Shown here in pieces: positions 35,411 to 43,473 of a stretch of 47,104 bases of DNA (the first letter of the stretch is position 1; each line of letters begins with the position of its first letter). Position numbers and translations under genes: made by a program. The stretch comes from Actinomycetota bacterium (GTDB taxonomy: Bacteria > Actinomycetota > Acidimicrobiia > Acidimicrobiales > Ilumatobacteraceae). The notes beneath the pieces were generated by a model. It searched no databases, was not told the origin of the DNA, and saw only the letters and a list, made by a program, of their open reading frames with translations. The stretch lies in NCBI GenBank assembly GCA_037131575.1, contig JBAXQV010000001.1, forward strand, positions 1 through 47,104, written 5' to 3'.

Positions 35411-36397
35411 TTACGCCGTGCGGACGTGTTTGTCCTGGTCGGGTGACCAACGGGTGAGCGGCCGGGCTTCGAACGGGTCGACGTTGGATTCCACCAACAC
35501 GGCCATGCGACGGTTGCGCCGACCGATGCGGGCATGGTGTGTGGGCGTACTTCCCACGATGAGCGTGAGCGGTTCGTCGAGTGGGTGACTGAGGGGGAGT
35601 ACATCGCCCACCTTCAGCCCCACGATGTGACGGGCCAACACTTCGACAGGCCGAAACTGAGCCGACACGCTCACAGGCGTAGCACCGATGTGCGACTGAA
35701 TGCGCGCCAGATTGTCGGCCCGGTTGGCGTTCGAGAGGTTGCCGTACAGTGAGTTGGCCGAGAGCGCCTCGAGGAACGGCTGCAGACTCGAGAACGGGAT
35801 GCACAGCGATGCTGTGCCGACCACGCCTTCGATCTTGATCTCGTAGGTGACCACGATGACCATGTCGGTGGGTGCGGCCACCTGGGCGTACTGCGGGTTG
35901 GCTTCCTGGCCCACGATCTTCGGCTCGGTCACCACCACCGGCTCCAACGCGTACCGCAGTTCGGGCAGGGCGTTCTCGACGATCTGGCGCATGAGTAACA
36001 GTTCGAGATCGGTGAGCGGCCGCTCGGGCTGTTGCCCATCGCCGGTACCACCCATCAGCATCTCGACGATGCAGAATGCCACTTCGAGCGGAATCTGGAA
36101 CAGTGCAGCACCCGACAGCGGCGCCAGGCTGAGCATGGTGAGCAGGGTGGGGTTCGGCAGCCAGCGGATGTACTCGTCGTACGAACGCTGTTCGATCGAC
36201 ACGATCGACACCTGGGTGACGCTGCGCAACTGCGAAGCCAGCATCGTGGTGAAACCACGCGCGAACGTCTCCTGCACGATCTGCATCGTGCGCACATGGT
36301 CGCGAGACAGCGTGCTCTGCCGACGGAAGTCGTACAGCTTGGGGTCGCTGCGGCGCTTCTTGATCTGAATCGCTGGTTCTGTCGGAGTGTTCGACAT
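35411..36397 (-). CDS. fliM: Flagellar motor switch protein FliM
   Basis: 'KLYDFRRQSTLSRDHVRTMQIVQETFARGF' aligns with the conserved FliM N-proximal block. Middle CheC-like and C-terminal SpoA domains are present. SD GAGGAA. Confidence 0.9.
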   Translation of the reverse strand: MSNTPTEPAIQIKKRRSDPKLYDFRRQSTLSRDHVRTMQIVQETFARGFTTMLASQLRSVTQVSIVSIEQRSYDEYIRWLPNPTLLTMLSLAPLSGAALFQIPLEVAFCIVEMLMGGTGDGQQPERPLTDLELLLMRQIVENALPELRYALEPVVVTEPKIVGQEANPQYAQVAAPTDMVIVVTYEIKIEGVVGTASLCIPFSSLQPFLEALSANSLYGNLSNANRADNLARIQSHIGATPVSVSAQFRPVEVLARHIVGLKVGDVLPLSHPLDEPLTLIVGSTPTHHARIGRRNRRMAVLVESNVDPFEARPLTRWSPDQDKHVRTA

Positions 36398-36459
36398 GGT
36401 TCCTCAGGGGTCGCGGGTGGAGAGATCAGGTGTCGGAGGCGACGCCACCGACTGTGCGG

Positions 36460-37701
36460 TCAGCGGCCGATACGCACGACTTCTTGCAAGATTTCGTCAG
36501 AGGTGCTGATCACGCGAGCGTTGCCTTGGAAGCCGCGCTGAGCGATGATGAGCTTGCTGAACTCCTCAGCGAGGTCGACGTTCGACATTTCGAGCGTGCC
36601 GGCGCTGATGTTGCCGCGGCCACCCGCCGCTGCCGGGGCGATCTGCGCAATACCCGAGTTACCGGTTTCACGCCACGCTCCGCCCACTCGCTCGAGACCT
36701 TGCTGGTTGGCAAACGTGGCCACGGCCACCTGGCCGAGTTGGAGCGACTTGCCGTTCGAGAACACGCCCATGATGGCGCCACCGTTGCTCACGCTGAACG
36801 ACTGCAAGGTGCCCGACAGCGCCCCGTCTTGGCTCACCACGCCCACCGACGTGGAACTGCCGTACTGCGTGATCCGTGCCGAGGCGCCGGTGGCGCCGAG
36901 GTCGATGGTGACGGCGCCAGGCATACCGGGAATGAGGCCTGCGGCAATCGACATGGTGTGGCCGGTCGGCGTGGTGAGTTCACCGGTGTTCGCATCGAAG
37001 GCGAGGGCGCCGTTGGTGAGCGCAACCGCGGTGGCGGGCGAGCCGTAGCTGGCGGTAGCAGTCCACGAGTTGGCAGCGGCCTTGGTGTACGTGATGTTCA
37101 ACTGCACCGGGGCACCTTGAGCGGTGTACCCGGTGACCGTGGAACTCACCGCATCGCCCACCGCGGCAGAGGCGCTGAGGTTGCCCTTCACGGCGATGCT
37201 TTTGGTCTGTACGGGGGCCATGGCGCTGCCGAGAGGAATCTGCAACTTGCTGGTGGGCCCGTTGGCGTCGATCGTTCCGGTGTTGTCGGCTTGCCAGCCG
37301 ATCACGTATGCGCCGTCGGCGGTAGACAGGTTGCCGGCGACATCGAGTGTGAAGGCCCCGCCGCGGGTGTATTGCTGGGCGGTACCGTTCTGGATGACGA
37401 AGAAGCCGTCACCCTGGATGGCCATGTCGGTGCTGTTGCCGGTGCGCTGCAGCGCGCCCTGTGAGAACGACTGGGTGGTGGCGGCAAGGCGCACACCCAA
37501 ACCCACCTGGGCTGGGTTGGTGCCGGCCACCACGCCACTGGGGTCGCCAGCCGACAGCGTTTGGCTGAGGACGTCGGAGAACACGACGTTCGACGACTTG
37601 AAGCCGGGGGTCGACACGTTGGCGATGTCGTTGCTCACCACATCGAGCATGAGCTGGTGGTTCTTCATACCGGAGATGGCGCTTGACATGGAGCGAATCA
37701 T
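36460..37701 (-). CDS. flgE: Flagellar hook protein FlgE
   Basis: 'SAISGMKNHQLMLDVVSNDIANVSTPGFK' N-terminus and 'LEMSNVDLAEEFSKLIIAQRGFQGNARVISTSDEILQEVV' C-terminus. Confidence 0.9.
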   Translation of the reverse strand: MIRSMSSAISGMKNHQLMLDVVSNDIANVSTPGFKSSNVVFSDVLSQTLSAGDPSGVVAGTNPAQVGLGVRLAATTQSFSQGALQRTGNSTDMAIQGDGFFVIQNGTAQQYTRGGAFTLDVAGNLSTADGAYVIGWQADNTGTIDANGPTSKLQIPLGSAMAPVQTKSIAVKGNLSASAAVGDAVSSTVTGYTAQGAPVQLNITYTKAAANSWTATASYGSPATAVALTNGALAFDANTGELTTPTGHTMSIAAGLIPGMPGAVTIDLGATGASARITQYGSSTSVGVVSQDGALSGTLQSFSVSNGGAIMGVFSNGKSLQLGQVAVATFANQQGLERVGGAWRETGNSGIAQIAPAAAGGRGNISAGTLEMSNVDLAEEFSKLIIAQRGFQGNARVISTSDEILQEVVRIGR

Positions 37702-37769
37702 GGGTGGTTCCTTTGTGCTGGTGAAAGAGAGAGATCGATGGGTTGTTGGAGATGAAGGGTGACGAGCGG

Positions 37770-38291
37770 TCAGCTAGCTGCCGCGCCGCCCGGGGCTGCG
37801 GCGATCGAGCGCACCATTTCGAGGGGCACATCGAAGGTGCCGGCATGAACGACCGTGTTGGTGCCGTCGAAACTCACCGAGGTGGCGATGGCCGACTTCA
37901 GCGTGCCGTCCACATCGGGGAAGGTGATCTGCTTGCCCACCAGCGAGCCGCCGAGCGACAGCCGGTTGGCGGCGCCGCTACTGGTGAGCAGGGTGGAGAT
38001 CTCATTGAGCTTGTCGACCACCGACAGTTGGGCCGATTGCGAGACGAGCTGACTCGAGTCCATCGGCTTGGTGGGATCTTGGTACTTGAGCTGGGCGACC
38101 AGCAGCTTCAGGAACGCATCGCGGTCGAGCAAGCCACCGGGCATGGCCGTGGTGCCGCTGGTCTTCGTACCTGTTGACGAATTGGCCCCGGCAGCGGTCG
38201 ATGTCGACGAACCGGTGCTGGTGGCGGGTGCTGGCGCTGCGACGGTAGAGCCGCCTGATGCGCCTACTGCGGTGATCGGATTGACAGACAT
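37770..38291 (-). CDS. flgD: Flagellar hook cap/assembly protein FlgD
   Basis: 'LDRDAFLKLLVAQLKYQDPTKPMDSSQLVSQSAQLSVVDKL' is the FlgD signature. SD GAGGAG. Confidence 0.9.
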   Translation of the reverse strand: MSVNPITAVGASGGSTVAAPAPATSTGSSTSTAAGANSSTGTKTSGTTAMPGGLLDRDAFLKLLVAQLKYQDPTKPMDSSQLVSQSAQLSVVDKLNEISTLLTSSGAANRLSLGGSLVGKQITFPDVDGTLKSAIATSVSFDGTNTVVHAGTFDVPLEMVRSIAAAPGGAAAS

Positions 38292-38318
38292 GGTGTGTCT
38301 CCTCGGAAGTGTTTCGGT

Positions 38319-39848
38319 TCAGATCCGCACATCGAGTCCGCTCATCGGAGCGGTTCGAGTGGGGGTCGACGGAGTGGATGAGGGCGATGTGCTGCCTCGA
38401 GGGCCGGTGTTGACACCGGGTGCAGCCGATTGCGCAGTGTTGCGCCGCTCGGTGGGCGCATTGCCCCGACGGTCGCCCGCTTGGCCGCTGTTGGGGTTCT
38501 GCGGCTGGTTGATGTCGAGTGAACCCACCTTGGTGCCGGTGGATTCGAGTTCGCGCTGGAGCGCTGCACGGTGGTCGGCGAGCAACCCTCGGGTGGCGGC
38601 CTCGCCGGCGGTGAGGGTGAGATGGAGTTCACCAGCGGCTTGATGTGCTTGCAGGGTGAGTGGGCCGAGGCCTTCGTCGGACAGGTCGATCTTCATCGGG
38701 CCCGTGGCGGAGGCGCCCATGGCCAAACGTTCACGCGAGGCCTCGGGTGCTGCCGGGCGGGGCTGCTGGGTGGTTTCACCACTGCGCACCGAACTGGGCC
38801 GGGCCGCGGCTGCACTGCCGGTAGGCGTCGCGGTCGTTGCGGCCGGGGTGGTCGACGACGCTCCGTCGATGGTGGTTGCCCGACGCGCAGCGGTAGTTGT
38901 GGGTGCAGCCGTGGTTGGCGCCCCCGTGGCAGCGCGCTCACCGTCGCCGTTCGCGGCCATGGTGGCGAATGCAGCCTCAGCAGTGGCCCGCTGGGTGGCG
39001 GTGTCGGCGGCGGGTCCGTCGGTGCGAGCGGTCGGTACGCGATCGGTGGGTGCCACCGTGGGGGCAGAGCTCGATGAAGCGGTGGTGGTGGTCGCGATAT
39101 CGGCGCCGGTGCCGCTGCCGGGTGCAGCTGACGAGATGCTGGGAGCATCCGGCTCGGCGGCCGCCGCGTCGCGAACCGCAGCAGCGTTCGGGGTGGGGTT
39201 CGCCGGCAGTTCCACGGCGGCCGCGGCCGTGGCGAGCACGTTGGCGGCATCGACGCTCGGTGTGCTGGCGGCAGCCTCATTCGGTACCGGACTGGCCGGC
39301 TGTGCCGACGCCTGCTGCACATCGGTGGCCGGCGTAACGTTGTTCACCCAGGGGTTCAGCGAGGTGGCGTTGGCGGCGGCATCGACGGCAGCGGGCGTCT
39401 CTGCGGTCGCCGTGTTCGCCGTGTTCGCTGCGGTCGCCGTGTTCGCCGCGGCCTCGGGTGCCTGGGCGATGGTGGGGGGTACTACAGCGACCATTGTCAA
39501 TGCATCTACGGGGTCGGCTGCCTCGTTGGCGCCGCCTTGCCCCTGGTTCGCACGAGCGAGGCGTCGTCGCCGTGCGCTCGCCGTATCGGTGGCAGCATCG
39601 GTGCCGGGCTCAGCCCGTGCGTCGTCGTCGATCGATCCGGATGATTGATCGACGTACCCCTCATCGCGACCGGCATCGGTGGCCCGGCGGTCGTTGATGC
39701 GACGGTCGGTCGAATCGAACTGTTCCATGGTCTTCGAGAACAGTTGGTCGAAGCTCACTCCATCGGTCGACGGGCGACGCGACGGCGTCGACCCGGAGGA
39801 CACCGAGGTGGCATCGACGGTTGCGAGCGATCCGGAGATCGTGGTCAT
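38319..39848 (-). CDS. fliK: Flagellar hook-length control protein FliK-like
   Basis: 509 aa from ATG 39848 (ATGA overlap with the upstream stop). Very Ala/Thr/Pro-rich central region. C-terminal Flg_hook-type block 'IDLSDEGLGPLTLQAHQAAGELHLTLTAGEAATRGLLADHRAALQRELESTG'. Confidence 0.7.
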   Translation of the reverse strand: MTTISGSLATVDATSVSSGSTPSRRPSTDGVSFDQLFSKTMEQFDSTDRRINDRRATDAGRDEGYVDQSSGSIDDDARAEPGTDAATDTASARRRRLARANQGQGGANEAADPVDALTMVAVVPPTIAQAPEAAANTATAANTANTATAETPAAVDAAANATSLNPWVNNVTPATDVQQASAQPASPVPNEAAASTPSVDAANVLATAAAAVELPANPTPNAAAVRDAAAAEPDAPSISSAAPGSGTGADIATTTTASSSSAPTVAPTDRVPTARTDGPAADTATQRATAEAAFATMAANGDGERAATGAPTTAAPTTTAARRATTIDGASSTTPAATTATPTGSAAAARPSSVRSGETTQQPRPAAPEASRERLAMGASATGPMKIDLSDEGLGPLTLQAHQAAGELHLTLTAGEAATRGLLADHRAALQRELESTGTKVGSLDINQPQNPNSGQAGDRRGNAPTERRNTAQSAAPGVNTGPRGSTSPSSTPSTPTRTAPMSGLDVRI

Positions 39849-40546
39849 GACATCCTTCCGGCCGCGGCCAGCACGGCGTTGACGTATTTCTCGGCCTGGG
39901 TGCCGGGCACCACACCACCGAGGCGGGCCATGGCACCGGAACCCACGTTGTAGGCACCGATGGCCATGTCGAGTGAACCGAAGCGATCGATACCGCTGCG
40001 CAGGTAGCGCGCCGTGCCGTCGATGGCCGATGCAGGGTCGAGTGGGTTCACGCCCATCGAGGCCGCCGTATCGGGCAGGAACTGCATCATGCCCACCGCG
40101 CCGGCGGAGCTCACCGACGAATTGTCGAAACGGGTTTCCACGTAGCCGATTCCGGCCAGCACCTTCGGTGAGATTCCGTAGCGGGCACCGACTTGGTTGA
40201 ACAGCGAGGCGTAGGGAACCGACGCCGGCACGGTGTCGACACCGCCCGAGGTCGACATGTTCACCTGCTGTGCCACCGCAGCGAAGTGCACACCGGTGGG
40301 CCCGGCGGCATTGCGCTGGGCGGTGGCCGCGGCGGCCGTACCGTTCCACACCGAACCGGGCCGCACGTAGCTGCCCTTCACCCATGCACCCGACGCCGTG
40401 GTACTGGTGGCTCCGATGCCGAGAGTGTTGGTAGGGACGTTCGTCGCACTGGTGCGCGAGGTTGCGGCAGGCGACGTGGCGCCGACCTTCGACCTGATGC
40501 TGCTGATGCGCGCCTCGATGTTGGAGATCGCCGAAAGGCCGGTCAC
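39845..40546 (-). CDS. Lytic transglycosylase (SLT domain), flagellum-associated
   Basis: 'ISPKVLAGIGYVETRF...GAVGMMQFLPDTA...AIGAYNVGSG' is the SLT catalytic-Glu motif series. GTG start overlaps the fliJ stop (GTGA). Confidence 0.8.
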   Translation of the reverse strand: MTGLSAISNIEARISSIRSKVGATSPAATSRTSATNVPTNTLGIGATSTTASGAWVKGSYVRPGSVWNGTAAAATAQRNAAGPTGVHFAAVAQQVNMSTSGGVDTVPASVPYASLFNQVGARYGISPKVLAGIGYVETRFDNSSVSSAGAVGMMQFLPDTAASMGVNPLDPASAIDGTARYLRSGIDRFGSLDMAIGAYNVGSGAMARLGGVVPGTQAEKYVNAVLAAAGRMS

Positions 40547-40986
40547 GAGAACGTCTCCACATCGTCGCCATGGCCGCGCCGTGCCAGCACCAGATCGTCG
40601 ATCTCATTGCTCTGCAAGCGGCTCGACTCTTCGCGTTCGCTCTCGATGAGCCGCTCCGACAGGCGCTCGAGCGCCTCGACGCGTCGCGCCGCGACGGTCC
40701 ATTCTTCGTGGGCAACATCGACTGCAATGAGGGCACGTTCGGTCACGATGTGCTGTGACTGTGCGCTGAGTACGCCAGAGGCAACCATCTGCTGACGACC
40801 ATGCAGATCGGCGGGGGTGAGGGTGCGCCCCTGCACCGCGCCGAATGCCGTGATGTGCTCCCACATTCGTTGCTCAGTAGCCACCGAGGTCTCGTGATCG
40901 CGACGGGTGCGCGCCAGTTCGCCACGTGCGCCGCGCTCTTGGAGTTCACGGATGCGCAGCACAGCGGCGAGTCGCTTCCGGTTCAT
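40543..40986 (-). CDS. fliJ: Flagellar export chaperone/stalk protein FliJ-like
   Basis: 147-aa coiled-coil protein ('LRIRELQERGARGELARTRRDHE...RRVEALERLSERL') directly after fliI, with an ATGA overlap (40983-40986). Confidence 0.65.
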   Translation of the reverse strand: MNRKRLAAVLRIRELQERGARGELARTRRDHETSVATEQRMWEHITAFGAVQGRTLTPADLHGRQQMVASGVLSAQSQHIVTERALIAVDVAHEEWTVAARRVEALERLSERLIESEREESSRLQSNEIDDLVLARRGHGDDVETFS

Positions 40987-42320
40987 TGCGCACCACCGAG
41001 CAACGCTGCGAGTCGTTCGAACGACTGCGCCGAGTTCCACTGCTCGTCGACGAACTGGCAGAGGAACTCGCGAATGGCATCGCGCAGTGCCACGGCACGG
41101 TCGACCACCGGGTTGGTGCCGGGAACATAGGCGCCGATTTCGATGAGATCTTTCGCCTCGGCTTCGGCTGCCAGCAACTGGCGCAACTCGCTGGTGAGGC
41201 GGCGCTGTTCGGGGGTGGTGACCGCCGAGGCAACACGAGACACCGACGCGAGCACGTCGATGGCCGGGTAGTGGTTGGCGTGTGCCAACTTGCGCGAGAG
41301 CACCACGTGACCGTCGAGAATCGAGCGGGCCGCGTCGGAGATCGGTTCGTTGTGATCGTCACCATCGACGAGCACGGTGTACAGCCCGGTGATGGAGCCC
41401 ACCTCTGCGGCGCCGGCGCGCTCGAGCAGGCGGGGCAGCAGCGAGAACACACTGGGCGGGTAGCCGCGGCTGGTGGGGGGTTCGCCGGCCGACAGGCCGA
41501 TCTCGCGTTGGGCCATGCAGAAGCGAGTGAGCGAGTCCATCATCAACATCACGTCGTTGCCCTGGTCGCGGAAGTATTCGGCGATGCGGGTCGCCACGAA
41601 GGCGGCGCGGAAGCGCACGAGGGCGGGCGCATCCGACGTGGCGATCACCAGTACCGAGCGGGCCAACCCCTCGGGGCCGAGGTCGCTCTCCACGAACTCA
41701 CGTACTTCACGGCCACGTTCGCCGATGAGCGCAACCACGTTCACGTCGGCCGCGGTGTTGCGGGCGATCATGCCCATGAGGGTCGACTTACCCACACCTG
41801 AACCGGCGAACACACCCACGCGTTGGCCTCTGCCGGCAGGAATGCAACTGTCCCACGCACGCACCCCCAGCGACATCGGCGTGTCCACTCGAGCACGGCG
41901 TAGCGGGTGGGGCGGAATGCCGTCGAGCTCCACGTCGATGAGCCCTTGAATGGGGCCACGATCGTCGAGCGGTCGCCCGAGAGCATCAATCACTCGGCCC
42001 AGCAACTGTGGGCCCACACCGATCGATGATGGCTTGGTCGACCCACTCACACGGGCGCCCACGCGCAAACCCTTCACCTCACCGAACGGCATGCAGGTCA
42101 CCGAGCCGGCGTTCACCGCAACCACTTCACCCGAGAGATCGACCGCACCGTCGGCCACACGCACGGTGGCACCGATGGGCAGGTCGAGACCCTCCACGTC
42201 GAAGCGGAGGCCGAGCACCTTGCTGATCGAACCCGTGCGCAACGGGGATCCAGCGACTCTGGCGCGGTCGAGTACGCCGGTGAACTCTCGTTTCACCTGG
42301 GCGACGGGTGCAGCGGGCAA
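40983..42320 (-). CDS. fliI: Flagellum-specific ATPase FliI
   Basis: Walker A 'GSGVGKSTL', Walker B 'VMLMMDSLTRF', F1/T3SS ATPase architecture. TTG start with AGGAG SD 7 nt upstream. Confidence 0.95.
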   Translation of the reverse strand: MPAAPVAQVKREFTGVLDRARVAGSPLRTGSISKVLGLRFDVEGLDLPIGATVRVADGAVDLSGEVVAVNAGSVTCMPFGEVKGLRVGARVSGSTKPSSIGVGPQLLGRVIDALGRPLDDRGPIQGLIDVELDGIPPHPLRRARVDTPMSLGVRAWDSCIPAGRGQRVGVFAGSGVGKSTLMGMIARNTAADVNVVALIGERGREVREFVESDLGPEGLARSVLVIATSDAPALVRFRAAFVATRIAEYFRDQGNDVMLMMDSLTRFCMAQREIGLSAGEPPTSRGYPPSVFSLLPRLLERAGAAEVGSITGLYTVLVDGDDHNEPISDAARSILDGHVVLSRKLAHANHYPAIDVLASVSRVASAVTTPEQRRLTSELRQLLAAEAEAKDLIEIGAYVPGTNPVVDRAVALRDAIREFLCQFVDEQWNSAQSFERLAALLGGAQ

Positions 42321-42453
42321 TGGTTCTCCTGGGTCTTGCTCGGTGCTGTCCGTGCACGCTGTGGGCGTCGTCCTGAACGCTCGGCTGCGACCGTGCTGGC
42401 AATCGCGAAATGCGCACGAAGGTGAGGCAGGGGCCGCGTGGCGGCCGGGTACG

Positions 42454-43473
42454 TCAGTTCACGTACTCGTCGGCACCGCGAGTGATGACGATCTGGCCGC
42501 TCTCTTCGAGGGCGCGGATCACTCGCACGATGCCACCCTGCGACTCTTCCACGGTCTTCATCTTCACCGGGCCGAGGAGGGTGATTTCTTCATCGAGGTT
42601 CTGCGCAGCACGTTCCGACATGTTGCGCATGATCTTCTCTTTCACCTCGGGGCGTACACCCTTCAGTGCGGTGGCCAGTTCCTTGGCCTCCACTTGGCGC
42701 AGCACCAGCTGCACAGAGCGGTCGTCGAGTGTGACGATGTCTTCGAACACGAACATGCGCGAGCGCACTTCGTCGGCGAGGTCGCCGTTGTGATCGTCGA
42801 GACCTTCGAAGATCGACCGTTCGGTGGCGCGATCCGATCGGTTGAGGATCTCGATGAGCGTCTGCACACCATCGGCGGCATGATTTTCGCTCTGGTTCTT
42901 CACCGAGGAGGCGAGACGCCGTTCGAGTTGGGCCTCCACCTGGGCGATCACCTCGGGTGAACTGGGCTCGAGTGTGGCAATGCGCACCGAGACGGCGCGT
43001 TGCACATCTTCGGGGAGTCCGCCCACCACTTGTGCAGCGATGTCGGGGTGCGCATGGGCGATCACCAAAGCGATGGTCTGTGGGTGTTCGTTGGAGAGGA
43101 AGTTCAGCACCTGGCGCGGATCGGCATTGCGGAGGAAGTCGAAGGGACCCTTCACCATCGACTGGTGCAGGCCCTCCATGATTGAACTGGCGCGCTCTTT
43201 CCCCAGCGCCGACTCGAGCATGTTTCGAGCGGCTTCCGGGCCACCCGACGCCACATGCACCCCGGCCGTCAGCACGGTGGCGAATTCCTCGAGAGCCGTG
43301 GTCGACTCGTCGCGACTGATCGCGCCCGCCTTCATGATCTCGGCGGTGATCTCGGTCACCTCGACCTCGCCGAGCAGCGACATCACTTTGGCGCTGTACT
43401 CGGGGCCGAGCGACAGCATGAGGATCGCCGCTTTGCGGATCCCCGACATACTGTTGGATGCGGGCTCTGCCAT
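42454..43473 (-). CDS. fliG: Flagellar motor switch protein FliG
   Basis: 'GIRKAAILMLSLGPEYSAKVM', 'FVFEDIVTLDDRSVQLVLR', 'ERAAQNL' charged torque helix region. ATG overlaps the fliF TAA by 1 nt. Confidence 0.95.
   Translation of the reverse strand: MAEPASNSMSGIRKAAILMLSLGPEYSAKVMSLLGEVEVTEITAEIMKAGAISRDESTTALEEFATVLTAGVHVASGGPEAARNMLESALGKERASSIMEGLHQSMVKGPFDFLRNADPRQVLNFLSNEHPQTIALVIAHAHPDIAAQVVGGLPEDVQRAVSVRIATLEPSSPEVIAQVEAQLERRLASSVKNQSENHAADGVQTLIEILNRSDRATERSIFEGLDDHNGDLADEVRSRMFVFEDIVTLDDRSVQLVLRQVEAKELATALKGVRPEVKEKIMRNMSERAAQNLDEEITLLGPVKMKTVEESQGGIVRVIRALEESGQIVITRGADEYVN

Noticed and set aside
39300-39480. Short repeated DNA units in fliK as a possible CRISPR or minisatellite locus
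   Set aside because: The repeats are 9-12 bp, imperfect, in frame and inside a continuous ORF. They have no spacer-repeat periodicity. They reflect low-complexity Ala/Thr/Asn coding.
38319-40736. 805-aa minus-strand ORF suggesting one giant protein
   Set aside because: Only the C-terminal 509 aa (from ATG 39848) make a FliK-like protein. The upstream part reads through the SLT and fliJ genes out of frame and is Arg/Gly-rich nonsense.
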